NCBI GenBank assembly: GCA_963849325.1
Contig: CAWKHF010000012.1
Location: 32,001-96,000 of the forward strand
Origin: an uncultured Planctomycetota bacterium
GTDB lineage: Bacteria > Planctomycetota > Planctomycetia > Gemmatales > Gemmataceae
Direction: 5' to 3'
Length of the DNA stretch: 64,000 nucleotides
The notes under the pieces were generated by a model that was not told where the DNA came from, did no database searches, and worked only from the letters and a program-made list of their open reading frames with translations. The translations under genes and the position numbers were made by a program. Of this stretch, positions 55,684 through 64,000 are shown piece after piece. Each line of letters starts with the position of its first letter. Position 1 is the stretch's first letter.

Positions 55684-58600
55684 TTAGCGTTGATAAGCAT
55701 CCAGCCATTGCAGGTAATGCTGCGACAGGCTCCGGGCCGCGCTCTGCTGCGTGGGCAACTGTTGTAATATCTGCAGTTCCCCCGGCGAGAGCGGGACGTT
55801 CAGCCGATCCATCTCCGGTATCCAGCGCTCGGGGGGTACGACCAGATCGAGCACGGTCTGAAAGTGCTGGCGGGCCTCGACGCAGTGGCCGGCTTCCAGG
55901 GCCAGGACGCCGCGCTGCAAGTACCATTCGGCGCGCTGCTGGGCCTCCAGCAAACCGCCCTCGACCGCCTCCAGGCCCCAGCGGCGGGCCCAAAAGCCCG
56001 AGGGTATCCAGTAGCCGGGCGCGATCTCCGGAAACGGCGAGGGCAGACGCGGCACGCCCGTCACGTACAGTCCTTCCGCCAGCAGCACCCGGCCCACGCG
56101 CTCGCCGATCCGGGCGCGGCTGTCACGCGACATCCGGCCGGAAGGGTCTTTCCAGGCATGGTTCAGCGCATCGAGCAGGTGCCGGTCGGCGTCCTGGTAA
56201 TCGCCCCGGGCCGCCGCCAGACGCACGTGGTAACTCAGGTAATACGGCGGGACCGGCTTCTCGGTATCGTCCGGCTCGGGCACGAGCAGGTCGCGCGCCT
56301 TGTCCAGCCGGCCGAGGTCGAGGAACAGGCCCATCATCTGCGTCACCATCGACAGGTTTTTCAGACCACTCAGCTCCGCGGGGGCCGCCTGGTCCAGCGT
56401 GTTGAGGGCCGTTTCCACCAGACCGCGGTCCAGGGCGATCCGCACCCTTTCCAGCACCGGCTTGTTGGCGGCCGTCACCTCGTACTGGTCCAGCCGCCGC
56501 CGAACCTCGTCGTCCAACGGCGTCAGATCGCGGGAGAGGGCGTCGAGTCGCTGGGCCTGTTGGGCGGGCGCCTCGCCCGGCAGCGGACCCGCTTCCTTGA
56601 GGCTGTTCAGCTGCTCGCGGCGGTGGTGCAGGGCAACGTCCAGGTAGCGAAGCTGCCGAAACACGTTGAACAACGCCTCGTGCGCTTGCGCCGCGCTCCG
56701 GGGGTTTGGCCTCCAGCGCAGACACTCCTGGTAGGCGGCCGTCAGTTGCGTCCGGCGGATCTCCTCCAGCTGCGCCGACGATCGGGTCAAGGTCCCTTCC
56801 CGTGTCGCCGCGAGCAGACGGTTGTACGCCGACCCGAGCCGCAGATACGTCTCGGCATCCTCCGGGTTGTCCCCCAGGGCGCGTTGCGCGGCCCGGAGGG
56901 CCAGGTAGAGCGATTCGGGCGGGCCGGCGTCCTGGCCCTCAAGGAAGATTTTCCGCGCCGTCAGGGCCGCCGTGTCCCGCTCCTCGCGCGGCCGCAGGGG
57001 TCGCGACCCTCCCGGCGGCATGAGGTCGGCGTAGGTCTGACTCCAGCCCACGTTGACGAGGGACAGGACGTTCGGGACCGGACCCTGCGGCAGAGCGTTG
57101 CCGATGGTGCCGGCGGCGACCGCCCACTGCCAGGCCCGCGAGTGGACGGCGACGAGGTACGACTGTTGAGCCATGAAACGGAGTTCGTGCAGTGCGGCCT
57201 CCTCTCGATCCGGCGAGGACGGCGGATGGGGCCGCCACCAGGCATCCCACCACTCGCGCGGCGGGAGCGTGGTCTCCGGTCCCTTCGACGGCGCTTGCTT
57301 CGCCTGGGGACCGAAAGCCACCCGCTTCAGGTCGAGCCGGCCGGGGGAGGCTTTCGGCATCCCCGTCGCGGCGGCGTCGTTCCAGGCTAAGATGGCGATT
57401 CGGCCGTGCAGGGAGCACAACTGCCATTCCTCGGGACCGCCAAGCAGCACCCAGCCGGCGACCAGGTCGGCCTTCTGCGCATTGATGTGATCGAAGATCC
57501 AGAAATGCACTTTGTGCCGGCGGAGGATGTTCCGCCAATCCTTGTCCGGGTCTCGCGGCTCGTCCATCGTCCCTTCCGCGGCGTTTTCGTCGGGGACCAT
57601 GCGGCTCTAGGCTTTCGCGGATGGCCAGATAGTCGCCGGTCGCCTCCGGGAACTTCGTCACGCGCTGGTCGAAGAAGGCCCGTTCGCCGGGGGCGAACCA
57701 GGCGAGGTAGTTGGCGATTTCCGGATGGAGATTGAACCAGCGGACATCGGCGGAGAGCCGTCCGGCGTCGCGCCAGGCCTTGATCTGCAGGGCGGCCTGT
57801 TCCAGCGAGGGATCGGCGACCACGCGCCAGCCGATGCGAAACCGCTCGTGCGGCCGAGCGTGCAGCCAGCCGGGCACCGCCGCCGCCAGCAGGGCCAGGG
57901 CCAGCAGCACGGTCAGGAGTCGGCCGCCCAGCGACCACGCCCGCCACGCTTGGCCCGGACGCGGCGAACGGCCCAGTCGCCAGGCGGCGAAATCCAGATA
58001 ATTCAGAGCGGTTATCGGCCCAGCCACGACCGCGAAGAAGGGAATGGTTCGCAGCGTTGTAGAAGCTCAGCAGGGCGAACCCTAGCCAGACCGGCAGCCG
58101 CCATCCCGGTACTCGACCGAACATCAGCACGAACGAGAGCAAGCCCAGCACCAGCAGCGGCAGGTAGGCCAACCCCGCCACGCTCAGGCCAAGGTAGCGG
58201 ATCGTAATAGGTCTTGCTTAGCGGCGACAGCGACAGGAAGCGGTACTGTATATCGTGCTGGACCAGACCGTCGGCCGGCGACAGGGCCGAATTCCGGCGG
58301 CAGCGTGAAAGCATGAAAGTGATGTGGGTTGACCAGGCACGCCGCCAGGCCCACGGCCAGCACCAGTCCCAGCGCGATCAATTCGCGTCGCCGGTCCTCG
58401 TCGCGCTTCGGCCCGGATCGGAAGAACCACGGTTCGAGCAGTGCTCCGGCCAGATACAGGGCCACGGTCAACGGCCCCAGGAAGAACCACTCATCGCAGT
58501 TGACCCACAGGACGAACAGCGGCGGGATCAGCCACCAGATCCGCTGTCCGCTGTCCGGGTGGATCGCGGATCGCGGATCGCGGACGGCGGTAAGCAGCCA

Positions 58601-59197
58601 CAGGGTCAGGCCGAGAAAGAGCAAGGACAGGCAGATCGGTTGCAGATACAGCCGGGGGCTGAGCGTGAGAAGGGCCAGCGCGGTGCAGGCGGCGGGTATC
58701 CACAGGCTTTGTCCGGCCCGCCGGCCGACGCGCAGCAGGACGCCGGCCAGCGCCGTCACCAGCAGCGCCTTGGCGATCACGACCGCGGCGCCGCCGAACC
58801 CCGGCAACTGGTACAGACCGTAGACCATCAGGGCGAACAGCCAGGAGTGATTGACCCAGTACGCTCCGCCGCTGCTGAACGTGAAGGGATCGACGCCGAA
58901 GTGATAGTTGCCCTCGGCCAGCAGGCGGCCGGTGGCGAGTTGGCGGAAGAAATCGGGATTGGCCGCTGGAAACGAAGCGACCAGGAAGGCGAACGCCAGG
59001 ACGAGGAGACGAGGACGCACGTCGAGCCCGCCGAGTATCCGGGTGAGCTGCTCCACCGACATCGCCGGCGGCTGCGGCAACGGCGGCAGAGGAATGGACG
59101 CATTGGCCGCCGTCTCGGGCGGCGCCTGTATGCCAGTCGCCGGCGCCGGTGCGTCGCCGCCCGGAGACGACGATTCAGGATGATCGGAAGGTGCCAT
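55684..59197 (-). CDS. Large polytopic membrane protein (GT-C-like N-terminus) with TPR-like C-terminus; multiple frameshifts
   Basis: DFFRQLATGR..DPFTF..WVNHSWLF, LWVN, LVNP; many TM segments; helical C-terminus. Confidence 0.7.
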
Positions 59198-59357
59198 GCT
59201 CGTAGCTCTCGTAGGTCGAGCCAATCCGCAGAAGATGGTGAGGATCGTCCTTCAACGGTAGAGGGTCCCGGTGTCGCGGTCAAGCCGCTTGCGGCGAAGA
59301 TGAATCGACGCTGAGCGCGCGTCGTCTAGTCAGACGGCGAGCGCGGTCGCCATTCGA

Positions 59358-59414
59358 TCGGAGCCTGAAGCGTAAGCGAAGTGGAATACTCTTCGCTTAC
59401 GCTTCAGGCTCCGA
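59358..59414. repeat. REP-like palindrome family A, copy 4
   Basis: GGAGCCTGAAGCGTAAGCGAAG...CTTCGCTTACGCTTCAGGCTCC. Confidence 0.9.
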
Positions 59415-59537
59415 GAGAATGGCGACCGCGCTCACCAGGGACTGCTCTGTTCCCCCGCGGGCCGCTTGGCCTAAAATGGAGTCAAGCGTTGGTATCGCCG
59501 CTCGCGTGTTCTCTCCGCGTTGCGAAGGAGACTGCTG

Positions 59538-61220
59538 ATGTCCCTGCCTCCGGATTCGCCCAATCCCTCTCGCTCGGCCTCGCTGGCACGATGGTGGCTT
59601 CTCGCCGTGGGTGTGCCGCTGACCGCCCTGCTGGTCTGGTATGTCTTCCAGCGCGGCGCCGGCGGGCCGGAGCAACCCGTCGCGGCCAGGGAACCCGCGG
59701 CCAAGGACACCCCCGAAGAACAGCGCAAGGACAAACGCGATGACAGCCGCGACGCTCCCGAACTGGACGGCGGCGTCGCCTGGCTGAACACGGCCGGACC
59801 TCTCCGCCTCAAGGACCTGCGCGGCAAGATCGTCCTGCTCGACTTCTGGACGCTCTGCTGCATCAACTGCATGCACGTGCTGCCCGACCTCGCCAAGCTC
59901 GAAAAGAAGTACCCCAACGAACTGGTCGTCATCGGCGTCCACACGGCCAAGTTCGACAACGAAAAGAACACCGAGAGCATCCGCAAAGCCATCCTGCGCT
60001 ACGAGGTCAGCCATCCCGTCGTCAACGACGCCGACATGCGCATCTGGCGCACCTACGGCTCCAACTCGTGGCCGACGCTGTGCCTGATCGACCCGGAGGG
60101 CACGTCGTCGGCGCCGCCGCCGGCGAGGGCAATTACGAGCTGCTCGACCGCGTCATCTCCCGGCTCATCAAGATCCACAAGGACAAGAAGACGCTCAACG
60201 AGAAGCCGTTGAAGTTCCAGCTGGCCCGCAGCCAGGAGACGGGCGACAGCCCGCTGTTCTTCCCCGGCAAGGTGCTGGCCGACGCCGCGAGCAAGCGTCT
60301 CTTCATCGCCGACAGCACGCACCACCGTATTGTCATTACGGACCTCGACGGCAAGAAGATCGCCGTCGCCGGCATCGGCGAGCCGGGCAAGACCGACGGT
60401 CCCTTCGACAAGGCCAGCTTCAACGATCCGCAGGGCCTGGCCCTCAAGGGCGACATCCTCTACGTCGCCGACCGCAAGAACCACCTGATCCGCACTCTCG
60501 ACCTCAAGGCGCAGAACGGTCCAGACCGTGGCCGGCACCGGCGTGCAGGGGCAAGACCGCGAGTTCGGCGGCCCGGCGCGGAAGACCGGCCTCAACAGCC
60601 CGTGGGACCTGCTGCTGGCACAAGGACCGCCTGTTCATCGCCATGGCCGGCCACCATCAAATCTGGATGCTGGACCTGGCCAACGAACAAGGTCGCCCCC
60701 TACGCCGGCAGCGGCCGCGAGAACATCCGCGATGGCTCGCTCATCACCAGCTGCTTCGCCCAGCCCAGCGGCCTGACGACCGACGGCAAGACGCTGTGGG
60801 TGGCCGACAGCGAGGTCAGCGCCGTCCGCGCCGTGCCGCTGGAAGGCGACGAGCGAGGTCAAGACGGTGGTTGGCGAAGGTCTGTTCGAGTTCGGCGACG
60901 TGGACGGCGCGGGCAAGCAAGGTGCGTTTGCAGCACGCCCTCGGCGTTGCCTATCACGACGGCAAACTGTATGTGGCCGACACCTACAACAGCAAGATCA
61001 AGCTGCTCGATCCGGTGAAGCGAACGTGCACGACGTTCCTGGGCGGCGAGCCGGAGGGCTGGCTGGCGACCCGTTGTTCAGCGAGCCGGGCGGCATCTGC
61101 TACGCGGACGGCAAGCTGTACGTGGCCGACACCAACGCCCACCGCATCCGCGTCGTCGATCTGAAGACGAAGGCCGTGTCCACGCTGAAGCTGCAAGGCG
61201 TCGAGGCGCCGAAGCCCTAA
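59538..61220 (+). CDS. Membrane-anchored thioredoxin + NHL-repeat protein (NHLRC2/SOQ1-like); frameshifts
   Basis: [59 protein letters not shown]. Confidence 0.9.
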
Positions 61221-61225
61221 TCTGT

Positions 61226-61284
61226 CGGAGCCGCGACCGTCAGGGAGCGGGGGAATCAACCGCTCCCTGACGGTCGCGGCTCGG
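61226..61284. repeat. REP-like palindrome family B, copy 4
   Basis: GAGCCGCGACCGTCAGGGAGCGG...CCGCTCCCTGACGGTCGCGGCTC. Confidence 0.9.
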
Positions 61285-61313
61285 TTGGGTCCGCTCGCTC
61301 GAAGGTAGTGCTC

Positions 61314-63457
61314 ATGAATCTCCTGTCCCGTTCCTTCGCCTCTCGTCTGGTCCCCTTGGTCGTCACCTGCGCCGTCCTGCTGGGAGCGGATGCGGTTCAG
61401 GGAGCGGGACCATTCGAGAAAGGTCCATCTCCCCAGACCGCCAAGTTTATCGACTTCACCGTCGCCCTCGTGCCCGCCGATCCCTTCTCGGATGAGAACG
61501 CGGTGGACGCCAAGACTTCGGTCTTGCGTCGCGGCGAGGTCTTCACCCTCGTTATCGCGGGCACTCCCAAGCCGGGGTATCACACCTATCCGCTGACGGA
61601 GCGATCCTCCGATCCGGAGCAGAGCGAGAGCGGACTGAGCCAGTTGATTTATGGCAAGGACATGGCTGGCCTCCAGCCCTTGTGGCCGATTCAGGAAACG
61701 CCGCCTGCGGAGTTCGTGAAAGACAAACGCCCGCCCCACAGCGTTTTACTCGAACACGAGCACAGCTTCACCTGGACCCAGGACATCCTGGTGTCACCCG
61801 ACGCCAAGCCGGAACCGCACACCCTGTCCTTCACGATCAAGCTGCAAGTCTGCAACGAGAGCCAATGCGTGCCAGGCCAGCATCACTTCGAGATCCCATT
61901 CACCATCGCCGATACCTCGCCGGTCGCACAGACAGAGGAGTTGCAAAAACGGCGGGCTGCCTTGCCTCCCCCGATCATCATTCGACAGGTGCCGGAGGAT
62001 CTCAAGACCGCGAACGTCGCTCCATCGCCGTCCGCGCCTCCGCCGGCGGAGACAGCGGACACCAGCCTGCTCGGATTGTTGTTCACGACCATGGGCGCCG
62101 CCATCGCCATGCTGTTCACGCCCTGCGTCTTTCCGATGATCCCGATCACCGTCAGCTTCTTCCTCAAGCAGTCGGAGAAGAAGCATCACAATGCCATCGT
62201 CACGGCCACCGTCTATTCGGTGACGATCATCGTGGTACTGGCCCTGGCCGTGCTGATCCTCGGTAAGATCATCGTGGATCTGGCCAACAGTCCATGGATG
62301 AACCTCGCCCTGGGGCTGATGCTGGTGTTCTTCGCCCTGAGTCTGTTTGGCATGTACGAACTGGAACTGCCGCATTTCCTGTCGAGTTTCACCTCGGCCC
62401 GCGAAGGCAAGGGCGGCTACCTCGGCGCCTTCTTCATGGCGCTGACGTTTACCATCACGAGTTTTACCTGCACCGGGCCGTTCCTGGGGCCGCTCCTGGT
62501 GGCGACCAAGGAAATGCAGCTCAGCCTCGATCGGCTCATCCTCGCCGCCTTCGTCTATGCGGCGACCTTCGCGGCGCCGTTCTTCGTGCTGGCCCTCTTC
62601 CCTCGGCTGCTGCGGCGCTGCCCAAGAGCGGTGGCTGGCTCAACGGCGTCAAGGTCGTCATGGGCTTTCTGGAGTTGGCGATGGCCTTCAAATTCCTCGG
62701 CAACATGGACGCCAGCCTTCATCCGGGCAACCCGGTGCTGTTCACCTACGAGACCGTCTTCGCCACCTGGATCGCCCTGTCCGTGGCTTGCGGCCTGTAC
62801 CTGCTGGGCGTCTTTCGCCTACCGCACGACTCACCGATCGAGAGCATCGGCGTGCCGCGCTTCCTGCTGGCGACGCTGTTTCTGGGACTCGGTCTGTACA
62901 TGACGCCGGCCCTGTGGCACAAGACCCCGCAGGGCGTCCTGGGTCGCTTCCTCGTCTCCTTCGCCCCGCTGGATACCGAACCGGGCGGCCCGGAGGGACC
63001 AGCGGCCGGACCTCGGAAACTCGCGTGGCATCTCGACTATGACAAGGCTCGCGCGGAGGCCCTGAAGGAAAACAAGCTCCTCTTCATCGACTTCACGGGT
63101 GTGAATTGTCAAAATTGTCGGGCCAATGAAATCGGCGTCTTCCCCCGGCCCGCCGTCCAGGAAGAGCTGAAAAAGTTCGTCCGCGTGCAGCTCTACACGG
63201 ACATCGTTCCGAAACAAGGTCTGTCCAAGAATGCGGCCGAGGTCGAGGCGAAACGCAACAGCGAGTGGCAGGCGGAGACCTTCAAGAACGGCGCGACGCC
63301 GCTCTACGTCATCTTCAAGCCGGATCGAACGGCGCTCGAAGAAGAGGGCAAGCTCAAGGGCGTCGAACTGGGACGGCAGGCGGGTTATATCGAGGACGTG
63401 GCCGCCTTCGTGGATTGGCTCAAGAATGCGACGGGCCGGCAGGTGGCGGCCAACTGA
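61314..63457 (+). CDS. dsbD: DsbD-family thiol:disulfide interchange protein; frameshift near 62615
   Basis: QVCNESQC, TPCVFPMIP, SFTCTGP, PKSGGWL, DFTGVNCQNC. Confidence 0.88.
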
Positions 63458-63761
63458 TCGTCAGCGCCGAAAGCGCGTGTCGGGCGCATGTCGAACATTG
63501 TCCTCCTCGACCGCCGCGGCGCTGGCGCAGTTGCTCTTCTTCGCGCTCGCCCTCCACTTCCGCCGAGAAGGTCCGTCCCCACAAGACGTAATGCATCAGG
63601 GCGATGACCAGGATGGCGCCGCCGAACAGCACCACGTACAGGAAAAAGCCGCCGCTGATGAAGATGAGCACGAACAGGAAAAAACCCAGGGCCAGCACCG
63701 TGAGGAAGACGCTCAGGAAGGCGTGGCGGTGTTGCTGCGTCGGCGGGTAGTTGTGGGCCAT
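63420..63761 (-). CDS. Small membrane protein (3' end uncertain)
   Basis: Two TM helices then HYVLWG; GAGGAG RBS. Confidence 0.6.
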   Translation of the reverse strand: MAHNYPPTQQHRHAFLSVFLTVLALGFFLFVLIFISGGFFLYVVLFGGAILVIALMHYVLWGRTFSAEVEGEREEEQLRQRRGGRGGQCSTCARHALSALTISWPPPAGPSHS

Positions 63762-63838
63762 GATCTCCTCGTGAGTTCGGCGCGGAAGGGCACACCCCTT
63801 TATAGCAGCGTCCTCTCGCCTCCGCCAGCAGTTCTCTT

Positions 63839-63892
63839 TCCGAGCCTGAAGCGTAAGCGAAGAGCACTCTTCGCTTACGCTTCAGGCTCGGA
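63839..63892. repeat. REP-like palindrome family A, copy 5
   Basis: CCGAGCCTGAAGCGTAAGCGAAGAG..CTCTTCGCTTACGCTTCAGGCTCGG. Confidence 0.9.
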
Positions 63893-63899
63893 GAGGCGC

Positions 63900-64000
63900 T
63901 CACTTGTTCGGATACGAGGGCGGTTTCATGCCGTCCGGCAGCGGCAGTGCCGCGCCGAGCGATAGGTACGCCCACAGGGCGTCGGCCTGGGCGTCGGCAT
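63900..64000 (-). CDS. 3' end of a gene entering from beyond the window
   Basis: Open frame ADAQADALWAYLSLGAALPLPDGMKPPSYPNK* ending just before a repeat. Confidence 0.55.
   Translation of the reverse strand, partial: ADAQADALWAYLSLGAALPLPDGMKPPSYPNK

Overview
High-GC bacterial chromosome segment. Planctomycete markers (two DUF1549/DUF1553 cytochrome-c proteins, DUF1501, an ECF sigma + Ser/Thr kinase pair, a groEL-groES-groEL arrangement) suggest Planctomycetota, probably Gemmataceae-like (inference). Many long genes, including groEL, groES and dnaJ, are split by single-base frameshifts that are most likely long-read indel errors, so coordinates below join the fragments. Core content: a chaperone operon (groEL-groES-groEL-dnaJ-grpE-FmdB-like-yacG) behind a sigma-54-type promoter, plus a secreted caspase-like protease, WD40/PQQ/Kelch propellers, an Rph/PEP-utiliser-like enzyme, rhomboid and SpoIVB proteases, a P-type ATPase and a thioredoxin-NHL + DsbD pair. 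Accessory content is dense: five recognisable toxin-antitoxin loci (MazF, HipBST, HigBA, two PIN) plus TA-like orphan pairs, an Rpn nuclease, a decayed integron-like cassette with attC remnants, and several families of palindromic REP-like repeats. One repeat copy is translated in frame inside the ATPase and another supplies the dnaJ stop codon. No rRNA, tRNA, CRISPR array or integrase was recognised.
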